A stretch of 64,000 nucleotides of DNA from an uncultured Alphaproteobacteria bacterium (GCA_963839185.1 CAWIUD010000009.1:16617-80616), one strand, 5' to 3'; shown: positions 33,255 to 44,502, numbered from the stretch's first letter. A program made the numbers and translations. The notes: generated from the sequence alone by a model not told the origin.

Positions 33255-33977
33255 TCAGAACGGCGGCCCGCCGACCCAATGCGCCCATAGGCCGCGCAAG
33301 CGCAACGTCCAGGCAAGATAGACGCCAACGCCAATAAGGAGAGCGAGCGCGATCGCGCCAAGCAGCATCAGGAAAGCGCCGAACGCTTCGCCGAGCCCGC
33401 GGACGAAGCGCCGACCCCGCCCAACCGTCGGCTCGAAGGCCTTTCTCTCCGAACTCTCGCCGATCGGCCTCGCGGACGGATCGCGCGCGGGTCCGGTCGC
33501 GATCGGCCACGCGCGCGGCCCCTTGCCGTCGGCGGGTTGGGCTTGGGCGCCGGCGTCGCGCCAGCCCGAGGCGAGCGCCCGCTCGCGCTCGACGAGCCGG
33601 CGGGCGACATAATTGGTGACGGCGGAGGCGATCGTCTCGATCCGGCCGCTCTCGGCGATCAGCACCCGGCCGTGGCGCGTGTCCTGGTAGAAGCGATAGG
33701 TGCGCCGGTCGTGCCCCATGTCGACGAAGGCGACCATGTCGAGGAAGAGGCGCGGATGGTCGCCCGGCGAAATCACCAGATCGAACAGGTCGACGCCTGG
33801 GGGCGCCTGTCCGACGATCGGCTTCAGCGAGGTTTCCAAAAGCGACAGACGGCCGAGTTCGATTTCACGCAAATCCGCGACAGCCTCCGCCCGCTCGGCG
33901 TTTTCGAGCCGCGCCTGGCGGATCGCGGCGGCAAGGTCCGGCTCAGGCTCGGACGGCTTCTCAGGCTTTTCGTTCAT
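33255..33977 (-). CDS. Conserved Hyphomicrobiales hypothetical protein with C-terminal TM helix
   Basis: ARLENAER..AVADLREIELGRL, PRLFLDMVAFVDM, YVARRLVERERALA. Confidence 0.75.
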   Translation of the reverse strand: MNEKPEKPSEPEPDLAAAIRQARLENAERAEAVADLREIELGRLSLLETSLKPIVGQAPPGVDLFDLVISPGDHPRLFLDMVAFVDMGHDRRTYRFYQDTRHGRVLIAESGRIETIASAVTNYVARRLVERERALASGWRDAGAQAQPADGKGPRAWPIATGPARDPSARPIGESSERKAFEPTVGRGRRFVRGLGEAFGAFLMLLGAIALALLIGVGVYLAWTLRLRGLWAHWVGGPPF

Positions 33978-34151
33978 CGCCTCCGCCTTTCCGGTCCCTG
34001 CCCTTCGACTGACCCTATAGCATGCGGTCGCGCCTCCCCCAGCAGCGGGCCAAGGGTAGCGCGAAGGCCCGAGGACCGCCACGCCAAGGGCGCGCCAATC
34101 ACGGCCTTCGGAGGGACTTTCCGCGCGCCGCCCGGCGCTGTTCCAAGCCCT

Positions 34152-34167
34152 TTAACCTCCCGTTAAC
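34152..34167. promoter_or_regulatory. Consensus CtrA-binding site
   Basis: TTAA-CCTCCCG-TTAAC in the divergent intergenic region. Confidence 0.7.
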
Positions 34168-34248
34168 CCGTCCGCCATTGATCCGCGCCAAAGGTTGGCC
34201 ATACACTCACGTGGGCCGGCCGCGGCCGCTGCGAACAGAGCTGAAGCG

Positions 34249-35167
34249 ATGAGCGCCGCCGATCTCCTGAATTTTTCCGCCGAAATCGCCGAGGCGCGGG
34301 CGAGGAAGAGGCCGATCGTCGCGCTGGAATCGACGATCATCACCCACGGCATGCCCTACCCGCGCAACGTCGAGACGGCGCTCGCGGTCGAAGAGGCGGT
34401 GCGCGGCATGGGCGCAATTCCCGCAACCATCGCCGTCGTTGACGGGCGCTTCAAGGTCGGACTCGACCGCAGGCGAGATCGAGCGCCTCGGCGAGCTTTC
34501 CGGCGGCGTGGTGAAGGCCTCGCGGCGCGATCTCGCGGCGGTTGCGGCGCGCAAGGGCTCGGCGGGGACAACGGTCGCGGCGACCATGTTCGTGGCCGAG
34601 CTGGCGGGGATCGAGATCTTCGCCACTGGCGGCATCGGCGGCGTCCATCGCGGCGCCGAGGAGACGTTCGACATTTCCGCCGACCTGGTCGAGCTTTCGC
34701 GCACCCGCGTCGCCGTCGTCTGCGCCGGCGCCAAGTCGATCCTCGACATCGAGAAGACCCTCGAATTCCTGGAGACGCAGGGGGTGGCGATCGTTGGCTA
34801 TCGCTGCGACGAGTTTCCCGCCTTCTACGCCCGCTCCTCGGGTTTCAAGCTCGAGCATCGCTGCGACGGCCTGCACGATCTCGCCCGCATGATCCGGCTA
34901 CAGCGCGAAGTCGGTCCCGGCGGCCTCCTGATCGCCAATCCGATTCCGGAGAGCTTCGCGATGGAGGAGCGGGTGATCGAGGAGCGCATCGCCGAGGCGG
35001 TGGCGGAAGCGAAGGAGCAGGGCGTCGGGCAGAAGGAGGCGACGCCGTTCCTGCTGAAACGGGTGTTCGAGCTCACCGGGGGAGAGAGCCTCGAAGCCAA
35101 TATCGCGCTGATCAACAACAACGCGAAGCTCGCCGCGCAGACGGCGGTGGAGCTCATGAGGGGGTGA
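34249..35167 (+). CDS. psuG: Pseudouridine-5'-phosphate glycosidase; frameshift near 34468
   Basis: VALESTIITHGMPYP, KASRRD, TTVAATM, FATGGIGGVHRG, DISADL, GAKSILD, TPFLL. Confidence 0.95.
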
Positions 35168-35192
35168 ACAGCGAAGGCGAGCCCGGCAAGAG

Positions 35193-35474
35193 TTAAGGAT
35201 GCGACGCGCCCTCGCCGTCCTTGTCGGGCGGCTTGGCCTCCGGGAAGCGGAAGCCGCTGTTTTTGAAAGCCAAACCCTTGTCGTTGAGCCTCGGGACGCC
35301 GGCGTGGCAGAAGTTGCAGCTCTTCCCGGTCTGCCGGGCGAACTGAGGCGTGGCGTCGGCTTTCGACGTCGGCAGCATCAACGCCAGGGCGAGCGGCGCG
35401 ACGAGCAAAGCGCCTCCCAATGCGATGGGTTTGAACCTGCGAAGATTTTGCTTGGCAGAGCGCCGCGCCCGCAT
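35193..35474 (-). CDS. Small exported monoheme protein resembling the Cyc2 N-terminal cytochrome domain
   Basis: Signal peptide ending ADA, then TPQFARQTGKSCNFCHAGVPRLNDKGLAFKNSGF. Confidence 0.75.
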   Translation of the reverse strand: MRARRSAKQNLRRFKPIALGGALLVAPLALALMLPTSKADATPQFARQTGKSCNFCHAGVPRLNDKGLAFKNSGFRFPEAKPPDKDGEGASHP

Positions 35475-35698
35475 GTTTTTTCCCCCGGGATCGGCTCTAG
35501 TTTAGGCTGACATGGCTCGCTGCTTCAACCAACAGCTTGCCCGATCGTGGAATTGGCAAGTGGGTAGCGCGCAAAAGGAAAGGAGCGGGTTTTGGCGGCG
35601 AAATTTATCTGCCGTCATTCAGCCGATGCTAACATCGTGCGTTAGCGAATCACCGCCTTGCGTACGGGGGTGGGCGGCAGTGAAGCAATGAGGCGCCC

Positions 35699-37368
35699 GT
35701 GACTGTCGCGACCGTCCGCTTCGACATCGAGGCCCTTCGGCGGCGAGCGGGGAGAGATTCTTCGTCCGCGGTGAAGCCTATCACCGCGAGGGACGCGTCG
35801 AGATTATCGCCCTCGAGCCCCAGCGGGTGGTGGCGCAAGTCACCGGTACGGATGATTATCGCGTCAATCTTCTCGGCGGCGGACAGACCGTACGCGGGGA
35901 GTGTACCTGCCCCGCTTTCGAGGACCATGGCTTTTGCAAGCACATGGTGGCGACGGCGCTCGCCGCGAACGAAAGGGAGGGCGGCGGACCGCCGGACAGC
36001 GTGAGCCCGCTCGCGCGCATCCGCGCCCACCTTGCGCAGAGAACAAAAGATTCGCTGGTTGCAATGATCGTCGAACTCGCCGAGCGCGACGCCTCGCTGT
36101 TCCGTCGGTTGGACTTGGCTTCCTCTGCCTGCGGCGTCGACGAGAAGACGCTGATGGCTCGCATCAGCAAGGCGATCGACGGGGCGACCAGAACGCGGGG
36201 CTATCTCGAATACGGCGCTGTCGGGGGTTGGGCGGACGGCGTCGATGACGCCCTCGACGCGATCGAAGACCTTGTCCCGACGCACCCTCATCTTGTCATG
36301 GCCCTCGCCGAGCGGGCGCTTGATCGCATCGACCGTGCGATGGAGTCCATGGACGATTCGGACGGCGAATGCGGCGCTCGGCTCGAACGGGCTCGCGACA
36401 TCCATGCCTCTGCTGCTGGCGTCGCGCGGCCGGATCCGCTCGCTCTCGCGCGAGACCTGTTCGAGCGGGAGTTAGGCGACAACTACGGCATCTTTTCCGG
36501 CGCGGCGTGGATTTACGAGGGAGCACTCGGCGAAAGCGGGCTCGCTGAATATCGCCGCCTGGCGACTGAAGCCTGGGAGAGGCTGCCGACCGTCGCTGGC
36601 CGGGGCCGACAGATGCCCGAAGGCGACTATGATGGCCTTCAACGCATTCTCGATCGCTTCGCCGATCGCGACGGTGACGTTGACGCGCGGATCGCCCTGC
36701 GCACCAAAGATCTGACGTCGTCTTGGAAATATCTTCAGCTGGCGGAGTTCTGCCTCGCGCAGGGGCGCGCGAAAGAGGCGCTCGCGCGCGCTGAGGATGG
36801 ACTATTTCTATTCGAGGATGACCGACGCGATATGCGTCTGGCCGCTTTCGCCGCTGACCTACTCGCCAAAACCGGCCGCAAGTCCGAAGCGAACGCGCAT
36901 CTGAGGCGCGCCTTCGAACGCGCGCCTGATTTCGATCTCTATTTGCGCTGGCGCAAGACCGTGGGCGAGGCCGCCCGCGACGCGGCGCTTGAAATCCTCG
37001 AAACCCGACTGGCGCGGCCGGACAGGACCGCATTCGGACATCCCGGCGACCTGCTGCTCGCGGTCCTGATGCATGAAAAGCTGTTCGATGCGGCCTGGGC
37101 GACGGCAAACAAGCACGGCGCTTCGCTCGCCGCCAGGCTGAGGCTAGCGCAAGAGAGCGAGGTCAGCCGGCCGAATGAGGCTGTGCAAGTTTACGCTGTG
37201 CGAGTTGACGAACTCGCGAATGGGGGCGGCAATCGTTCTTATGAGGAGGCTGCCGGCCTCATCGCTCGCATGGACCGCCTTCGCGGTTCCGCCGAACAGA
37301 AAGTCTACGTCGCGAAGCTCAAGGAGCGATTCGCTCGCAAGCGCAATTTCATTAAGCTGCTGGGTTGA
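35699..37368 (+). CDS. SWIM zinc-finger protein with long helical C-terminus; frameshift near 35760
   Basis: GECTCPAFEDHGFCKH (CxC..CxH); DDSDGECG; C-terminal RFARKRNFIKLL. Confidence 0.82.
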
Positions 37369-37564
37369 CCGCGAGCCGCAGAATTGCTGCTCGAATTGAT
37401 CGGCGTATGCCAAACGCCTTCTCCACAGCCGCCCACTGACATCGCCTCGTCGACCCGGTCGCCCGTCCTCCTCATCAGCGATGCGATGACCGACATATCG
37501 CTCGTCCGAAGGCCATTGACCTTTCGCTGGGCGGGGTCCACGCCCATGATATAACACGCTTCCG

Positions 37565-38140
37565 ATGAGCCTCGCCGTCAGCGGACCAATGACATTGGCC
37601 GAATTCCTCGCCTGGGAGGAACGGCAGCCCCTGCGCCACGAGTTCGATGGGTTGCAGGCCGCCGCGATGACCGGCGGCACACGGGCGCACGCTGCCATAC
37701 AGGCCAATCTCGCGATTGCGGTTGGCGGCCGTCTGCGAGGCGGCCCTTGCCGGTTCTATGGCAGCGACCTCAAGATTCGCACCGGCGACGACCGTATTCG
37801 CTACCCCGATGGTTTTGTCGCCTGCACGGCAGGCGAAAACGCGAACACCGTGATTGCCGATCCGGTTGTTATTTTCGAAGTCCTGAGCGCGGCGACCGCA
37901 GTCATAGACAGAATCGTAAAAGCGCGCGAGTGCCAGGCCACACCTTCCGTAAGGCGCTATGTGATGCTGGAGCGGGACCGTATCGGCGCTACGGTCTACG
38001 CACGCAGCGGCGATGGCTGGACGCACGAAATCCTGATCGCAGGTTCGTCCCTCGCGCTGCCCGAAATTGGTCTCTCGCTTCCGCTGACTGAACTCTACGG
38101 CGACCTCGTCTTGACGCCGGAGGAAGGCGTTGATCGCTAG
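37565..38140 (+). CDS. Uma2 family endonuclease-fold protein
   Basis: EFLAWE, RHEFDG, RYPDGFV, VIFEVLS, PSVRRYVML. Confidence 0.9.
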   Translation: MSLAVSGPMTLAEFLAWEERQPLRHEFDGLQAAAMTGGTRAHAAIQANLAIAVGGRLRGGPCRFYGSDLKIRTGDDRIRYPDGFVACTAGENANTVIADPVVIFEVLSAATAVIDRIVKARECQATPSVRRYVMLERDRIGATVYARSGDGWTHEILIAGSSLALPEIGLSLPLTELYGDLVLTPEEGVDR

Positions 38141-38176
38141 GCCTGTCCTCTCGTCGATTCCCTCCCGCGTCAAGCT

Positions 38177-39088
38177 GTGACTGCGGGCTCAGGCCCTTCG
38201 CGCATTCTCCTCATCGGGGACGTCATGACCGACGTCATCGTGCGCCCCGTGGGGCCGCTCGCGCGCGGGTCTGACCGGCGGGCGTCGATCGTCGTCGAAC
38301 CGGGCGGGTCGGCGGCCAACCAGGCGGCGTGGCTCGCTTCATTCGGCGTCGCGGTCAATTTTGTCGCGCGCGTCGGGGCGGCTGACATCGAAGCCGAGAC
38401 GGCGCGCTTCAGGCGCGCGGGCGTCACGTCTCACCTCGTCGGCGACGCTGAGCGACAGACCGGCCGGCTCATCGCGCTCATTGACGCGAGCGGCGAGCGC
38501 AGCTTCTTCACCGACCGAGGCGCCAACGAGGCGCTTTCAGCCGCCGACATCCCTGATGCGCTCATCGCCGGCGCATCGCATATCCACCTCTCGGGCTATT
38601 CGTTCTTCGCGCTCTCCCCCCGTGACGCCGTGCTCGACGTGATGCGCCGGGCGGGCGCGATCCCGATCAGCGTGGATCCGGCCTCGGCCGAGTTTTTGCG
38701 CGAGGTCGGGCCGGAGCAATTCGTCGCGTGGACGCGGGGCGCGGCGATCCTGTTCCCCAATGCCGAAGAAGCGTCGATTCTCGCCCGCTCGGACGATCCC
38801 AAGGCCCAGTGCGCGCGCCTCGCCGCGCTCTACCCGCTCGTCGTCGTCAAGCGGGGCGCCGCCGGCTGCGAGGCGGCGGCGGGCGCCCGCCGCTGGCGGA
38901 TCGCAGCGCCGAAAGTCGAGGCGATCGACACCACCGGCGCGGGCGACGCCTTCGTCGCCGCCTTTCTCGCCGCGCGGATCAGCGGCGCCGACATTGAGGC
39001 GGCGCTCGAGCGCGCGGTCACGGCGGGAGCGGTTGCATCGACGATTGTCGGCGGGCGTCCGAAACAGGCGAGCCGTCACCTGGACTGA
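38177..39088 (+). CDS. PfkB-family sugar kinase (probable pseudouridine kinase partner of PsuG)
   Basis: GGSAANQA, FPNAEEA, VKRGAAG, DTTGAGDAF. Confidence 0.88.
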   Translation: MTAGSGPSRILLIGDVMTDVIVRPVGPLARGSDRRASIVVEPGGSAANQAAWLASFGVAVNFVARVGAADIEAETARFRRAGVTSHLVGDAERQTGRLIALIDASGERSFFTDRGANEALSAADIPDALIAGASHIHLSGYSFFALSPRDAVLDVMRRAGAIPISVDPASAEFLREVGPEQFVAWTRGAAILFPNAEEASILARSDDPKAQCARLAALYPLVVVKRGAAGCEAAAGARRWRIAAPKVEAIDTTGAGDAFVAAFLAARISGADIEAALERAVTAGAVASTIVGGRPKQASRHLD

Positions 39089-39258
39089 TACAAACCTTCG
39101 GCGGCGCTGATAGACTTGCGTGAGCCGTTTCTTGTTCCTATCTGCTTGCCAACGCGGTTTCCGAATAAAGAACCTTCGGTGGTTCGCCATTCTCAGGTGG
39201 AGAATCACAACAATATTTCGGCGGCCCGCATTGCTTTATTTTCGACCTGGAGGGCTTC

Positions 39259-40163
39259 ATGTCCATTCGTCCTGTCAAGCGCGTCACCCAATCCCGTCCG
39301 ACCATGGAGGGCGCCGGCGTTCGCCTGCGCCGCGCCTTCGGCTTTGGCGACACCTCGGACTTCGATCCGTTCCTCATGATGGACGATTTCCGCGGCGACC
39401 GGCCCGACGACTATAAGGCCGGCTTCCCGTGGCATCCCACCGCGGCATCGAGACCATTACCTACGTGCTGGCGGGAAGCGTCGACCACGGCGACAGCCTC
39501 GGCAATCGCGGCAAACTTGGCTCTGGCGACGTGCAGTGGATGACCGCCGGCAGCGGCATCCTGCATCAGGAGATGCCGGCCGGCGACGCCCTCGGCCGTA
39601 TGCACGGGTTCCAGCTCTGGGCCAACCTCCCCGCGCATCTCAAGATGACCAAGCCCCGTTACCAGGACGTGCCGGCGACCGCCATTCCTGAAATCGTCGA
39701 CGACGACGGCACGACCGTTAGGGTGGTCTGCGGCGAATTCTGGGGGAAGCGGGGTCCCGTCGACGGCGTCGCGGCCGACCCGCGCTATCTCGACGTCTTC
39801 GTGCCTGCGGGCAAGAAGAAGCGCCTCAAGGTCGAGGATTTCCGCCAGGCCTTCGCCTACATTTTCGAAGGCTCGGCGAGCTTTGCGGATTCGTCGGAGC
39901 CGTTTGGCGTTCTGCGCGAGGCTCAGGTCGACGGCGAGGAGGTTCTGGTGCGCGACTCGGTCGGCAACCGTTCGCTGGTCGTGTTCGGCGCGGGCGATGA
40001 GATCAGCGTCCAGGCGGGCGACGAGGGCGTGCGCTTTCTGCTCGTTTCCGGCCGGCCGTTGCGCGAGCCGATCGCCTGGCATGGGCCGATCGTGATGAAC
40101 ACGCAGGCCGAGATTCGTCAGGCGCTGACCGACCTGCAGACCGGCGCTTTCATCAAGCGTTAG
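39259..40163 (+). CDS. Pirin family protein; frameshift near 39435
   Basis: EGAGVRLRR, DPFLMMD, HPHRGIETITY, QWMTAGSGILHQE, FQLWANLP, HGPIVMNT. Confidence 0.93.
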
Positions 40164-40184
40164 ACACGACGCGTCCGGAGGCAA

Positions 40185-40240
40185 TCGTCATCGCGAGGAG
40201 CCGTAGCCCGTCGGAGACGGGCGTCTCTCGACGCCCTATG
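40185..40240. repeat. Partial intergenic palindromic element
   Basis: Starts TCGTCATCGCGAG like the element at 6091, followed by the GGGCGTC-TCTC-GACGCCC hairpin. Confidence 0.5.
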
Positions 40241-40337
40241 CCAAAGCCGACCCGACCTGGACGGAACGCGTTCCCTGACTTCGGCGATTTTCGATCCTGA
40301 AGGCGGTCGTGCTATGCCAGACGGGAGCTGAGCAGGG

Positions 40338-41567
40338 ATGGCCAACTCGACGATCACGACCCAGTGCTGCATCGCCGGCGGCGGCCCCGCGGGGATGATG
40401 CTCGGATTCCTTCTGGCGCGCGCCGGCGTCCGTGTCGTGGTGCTGGAGAAGCACGCCGATTTCTTCCGCGATTTTCGCGGCGATACGGTTCATCCGTCGA
40501 CCCTCGAATTGATCTACGAACTCGGCCTGATCGACGAGTTTTTGCAGTTGCCGCATCAGAAGGTGGAAACGCTGAGCGGCCAGGTCGGCGCCGAACATAT
40601 TCAGATCGCGGATTTCCGCCATCTGCCAACCCATTGCAAATTCATCGCGCTGATGCCGCAATGGGACTTCCTCAACTTCCTCGCCGAGAAGGGCAAGCGC
40701 TATTCGACGCTCGATCTGCGCATGCAGGCCGAGGCGACGGACTTGATCGAGGAGAACGGGCGGATCGCCGGCGTGCGCGCGACGACGCCGGGCGGCGCGC
40801 TCACGATCCGCGCTGATCTCACGGTCGGCTGCGATGGGCGTCATTCGACCGTGCGCGAGAAGGCCGGCCTCCAGAGCGACGACTACGGCGCGCCGATGGA
40901 CGTGCTCTGGTTTCGTCTCGCGCGCAAGGCGAGCGACAGCGCGGACACCTTTGGGCACATCGAAGCGGGCAGGATCATGGTGATGCTCGATCGCGGCGAC
41001 TACTGGCAATGCGCTTACGTCATTCCGAAGGGCGGGATTGAGCGCATGAAGTCGGACGGCCTCGAAGCGTTCCGCGGACGGGTGGTCGAAATGTCGCCGT
41101 TTCTGTCCGACCGCGTCGGCGAATTGAAGAGCTGGGACGACGTCAAGCTGCTCAGCGTGACGGTCGATCGGCTGCGAAAATGGCGCCGGCCTGGGCTTAT
41201 CTGCATTGGCGATGCGGCGCATGCGATGTCGCCGATCGGCGGCGTGGGCATCAACATGGCGGTGCAGGATGCGGTCGCCGCCGCCAACCGGCTCGCCGGC
41301 CCGCTCCGCGCCGGCAACGCGTCGGACGAGGATCTCGAGGCCATCCAGCAGCGGCGCACCCCGCCCGTGCAGTTTACCCAATGGCTGCAGCTCGCCATCC
41401 AGCGGAGGGTCATCAGCCGCGTTCTGGCAAGCCACGAGCGGCCGAAGCCGCCGCTGTTCTTCAAGCTCTTTGGCGTGTTTCCAGCATTGCGCCGCATCCC
41501 GGCCAGGTTGCTCGGGATGGGCATTCGTCCTGAGCACGTGCGCACGCCCGAAGCGGCGCCGGACTGA
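40338..41567 (+). CDS. FAD-dependent oxidoreductase (UbiH-like monooxygenase fold)
   Basis: IAGGGPAG, DFRGDTVHP, VGCDGRHS, IGDAAHAMSPIGGVGINMAVQDA. Confidence 0.92.
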   Translation: MANSTITTQCCIAGGGPAGMMLGFLLARAGVRVVVLEKHADFFRDFRGDTVHPSTLELIYELGLIDEFLQLPHQKVETLSGQVGAEHIQIADFRHLPTHCKFIALMPQWDFLNFLAEKGKRYSTLDLRMQAEATDLIEENGRIAGVRATTPGGALTIRADLTVGCDGRHSTVREKAGLQSDDYGAPMDVLWFRLARKASDSADTFGHIEAGRIMVMLDRGDYWQCAYVIPKGGIERMKSDGLEAFRGRVVEMSPFLSDRVGELKSWDDVKLLSVTVDRLRKWRRPGLICIGDAAHAMSPIGGVGINMAVQDAVAAANRLAGPLRAGNASDEDLEAIQQRRTPPVQFTQWLQLAIQRRVISRVLASHERPKPPLFFKLFGVFPALRRIPARLLGMGIRPEHVRTPEAAPD

Positions 41568-41588
41568 GACCGGCCGCGGCGTCTTCCG

Positions 41589-42794
41589 TCATCGGGCGAG
41601 CGCCTCGGCGTAGACGCTGAGCGTGTCATGCGTCATGCGCTCGATCGAAAACGCTTCCGCGATGCGCGCGCGCGACCGCCGCCTGACGGCGTCTCGCCCC
41701 GAAGCGCCGAGCGCCAGCGCGGACTCGATGGTTTCGGCGAGCGCGCTGGCTTGACCGTGCGGAAAGAGCCAGCCCGAGCGGGCGTCAGCAGCTGCGTAGG
41801 GCGTCGCGACGACGATCTCGCGCGCGGGTCCGACATCGGAAATAATGGTGAGCGCGCCCATCGCGGCGGCCTCGATCGCCGTGCGTGTCACGCCCTGCGC
41901 GTCAACTGCGGGAAAGACGACGACCGCCGCGGCGACCAGCGCCGCCGGCAAGTCGGCGGAAGCGCCGACGCGGGTCATCATTCCCTTGACTCCCCGCGCG
42001 ACGGCGAGCGCGTCCAGCTCGCGTGCGAACGCAGCCTTTGCGGCGTCTCCCGCCAACACAAAGTGAACGTCGTCGAAGCCATGCGCCTTGATGAGCGCCG
42101 CCGCCTCGATGAGCGTCCTCTGGCCCCGGCCAGGGGCGAGGCGCGCCGGGCTCAACACCATTTTTTCATGCGCGGCCGCCCCCCAGGCTTGCCGGACCTT
42201 GGCGACCCGCTCCCGGCTCACGCTTTCTGGCGCATGCTTTCCGAGATCCAATCCGGGCCGCACCACTCTGAGCCGCATCCGGACCTCGGGAAAGACAGCC
42301 GCCGCGCGCCGCGCGACATATTCCGACGGCGCGATGATGAAATCGCCTTCGGCGGCGGCGGTCTCGAAACTTGTCCGCGGCGGCGCGCGGCCGGACTCGC
42401 CTCCGAACGAAGTGATCAGCGGGCGCTTCGCCGTGCGGCACGCCCTGACCGCCGTCCAGGCCGCCCAGCGCGAGCGCGCATGGACGAGATCGACCCGCTC
42501 GGAGGCGATAATTCGCGCGAGGCGGCGGAGGTTGAAGGTCATGGCGAGCGGATTCTTGGTCGCCGCCGGAAACGGCAGGTGCACGCCGCCCACAGCCTGC
42601 AGTTCGCTTGCGAGTTCGCCGGGATCGGTGGCGACGAGCGCCCGCACGCCGGCCTCGGCAAGGGCGGCGGTCACCGCCAGCGTCGCCCGTTCGTCGCCGC
42701 CCGAGTCGATCGGCGGAACGATCTGCAGGATCGTGCGGCCGGCGAGCGGCGCGTTCGTCCCGCGCCCGAAGGGAGAGAGGGCCTCGATCTTCAC
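41589..42794 (-). CDS. Glycosyltransferase family 4
   Basis: ILQIVPP..SGGDER, VHARSR, PARLAPGRGQ, AIEAAAMG. Confidence 0.87.
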   Translation of the reverse strand: MKIEALSPFGRGTNAPLAGRTILQIVPPIDSGGDERATLAVTAALAEAGVRALVATDPGELASELQAVGGVHLPFPAATKNPLAMTFNLRRLARIIASERVDLVHARSRWAAWTAVRACRTAKRPLITSFGGESGRAPPRTSFETAAAEGDFIIAPSEYVARRAAAVFPEVRMRLRVVRPGLDLGKHAPESVSRERVAKVRQAWGAAAHEKMVLSPARLAPGRGQRTLIEAAALIKAHGFDDVHFVLAGDAAKAAFARELDALAVARGVKGMMTRVGASADLPAALVAAAVVVFPAVDAQGVTRTAIEAAAMGALTIISDVGPAREIVVATPYAAADARSGWLFPHGQASALAETIESALALGASGRDAVRRRSRARIAEAFSIERMTHDTLSVYAEALAR

Positions 42795-42908
42795 GTCAGG
42801 CTCGCCGCAGCGAGTCGCGGGTTGACTTGGATCGCCCGCTCGGCCAAGCCGGCGCGGCCGCGCGCGTCAAGGCCAGAGTCCGGTGGAGCGCTGTCGACGG
42901 GGCGCATC

Positions 42909-43707
42909 ATGGAGCGAGCAAAATTTGTCGGACGAGCAGCCGCGGTTTTTCCTCGTGGGGGAATCCCCGAATCAACGGCGTATCGCCTTTCGCCGCCGCG
43001 CGCCAGTGCGGAGCGGGGCGCCGGGGCTCATTTGGCTGTGCGGATTTCGCTCCGACATGGGTTCGATCAAGGCCGCCGCCCTTGACGCAGAGGCAGAGCG
43101 GCGCGGTCTCGGCCTGCTGCGCTTCGACTATTCCGGCCATGGCCGCTCCGACGGGCGGATCGAGAACGGCACGATCTCCCGCTGGCTCGAAGAGACGCTG
43201 GCGATCGTGCGGGCTGAGAGCGAGGGTCCGCAGCTTCTTCTGGGCTCGTCGATGGGCGGCTACATGGCGTTGCTCGCCGCGCGGGCGCTGAGCGAAGCGG
43301 GCGAGGCGGCGCGAGTGGCGGGCTTGATCCTCATCGCGCCGGCCGTCGACTTTACCGAAGCGCTGATCTGGGAGATGGCGCCGCAAGAGGCCAAGCGCGC
43401 CATCATGGAGGAGGGCGCGTGGCGGCGCCCATCCGCCTATTCCGCGGAACCCGATTGCTTCACCCGCGACCTGATCGAAGACGGCCGCAAGCATCTCCTG
43501 CTTGGCGGCGGCATGATTCGGATCGGCGCTCCTGTTGTCGTGCTGCAGGGGATGCAGGACGAGAACGTGCCCTACGCCCATGCGCTGTCGCTGATGCAGC
43601 AGCTTGGCGACCAGGCGACGCTGACCCTGATCAAGGACGGCGATCACCGGCTGTCGCGACCGCAGGATTTACAGCTCTTGTTCGAGGCGCTCAACAGGCT
43701 TCTGTAA
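42909..43707 (+). CDS. Alpha/beta hydrolase (start approximate)
   Basis: GFRSDM, RFDYSGHGRS, GSSMGG, DGDHRLS. Confidence 0.9.
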
Positions 43708-43734
43708 AGCGGGCGAAGCGCTCTTGCTTGCGCG

Positions 43735-44502
43735 TCAATCTGACTCCGCGCCGCCTGCCGACGCTCCGAAACGATGCAGGTTCGCGCCGTGGACCTTAAG
43801 CCACACTTCGGCGCGGTCGGTCTCGGGATGCAGGCGCCGCGCGAGCTTCCAGAACAGCGGCGAATGATTCATGTGCACGATATGCGCAACCTCATGCGCG
43901 GCGAGATAGTCGAGCACGAATGACGGCGCGAGAATCAACCGCCAGGAAAAATTGAGCCCGCCGGTCGACGAGCAGGAACCCCAGCGGCTGACAGTGTCGC
44001 GCAACACGATGCGCCGCGGCTTGACCCCGAGTTGCTTCGAGTGCCGCGCGACCGCGGCTTCGAGATCCTTGCGCGCCTCGCGCTTGAGAAAGTCGGCGAC
44101 TCGGCGAGGCACGTGCGGGCGGTCGCCTGAGACGCAGATGAGCGGGCCGCGTTCGCTCACCTCGAGCCACACGACGCCGCGTTCTCCCGGCCGATGCACA
44201 ATGCGATGGTCGACGCCGCGCAGCGGCGTCACCGCGCGCGGTTCGAAGGCCACCGGTTGCGGAAGCCGCGCCAGTCTCGTGCCGATCCACGCCGCATGCC
44301 GCTCGGCAAACTCGCGCGCCGCCTTCAGCGAAGAGCGCGACGGCATGGTCAGCAAAACGTCGCGCGTCGCGGTGCGCACCCTCAACGTGAAGCGACGCGA
44401 GGCAGCCACGCGCTTGAGCGCGACACGATAGACTTCGCCGTCGTGCGCGACATCGAAGTGCGCCGCCGATTCCGGCGCCTGGCGTTGAAAGAGACGCAGC
44501 AT
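43735..44502 (-). CDS. YgjP/SprT-like (DUF45) zinc metallopeptidase-fold protein
   Basis: SRWGSCS, LNFSWRL, YLAAHEVAH, NHSPLFW. Confidence 0.9.
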   Translation of the reverse strand: MLRLFQRQAPESAAHFDVAHDGEVYRVALKRVAASRRFTLRVRTATRDVLLTMPSRSSLKAAREFAERHAAWIGTRLARLPQPVAFEPRAVTPLRGVDHRIVHRPGERGVVWLEVSERGPLICVSGDRPHVPRRVADFLKREARKDLEAAVARHSKQLGVKPRRIVLRDTVSRWGSCSSTGGLNFSWRLILAPSFVLDYLAAHEVAHIVHMNHSPLFWKLARRLHPETDRAEVWLKVHGANLHRFGASAGGAESD

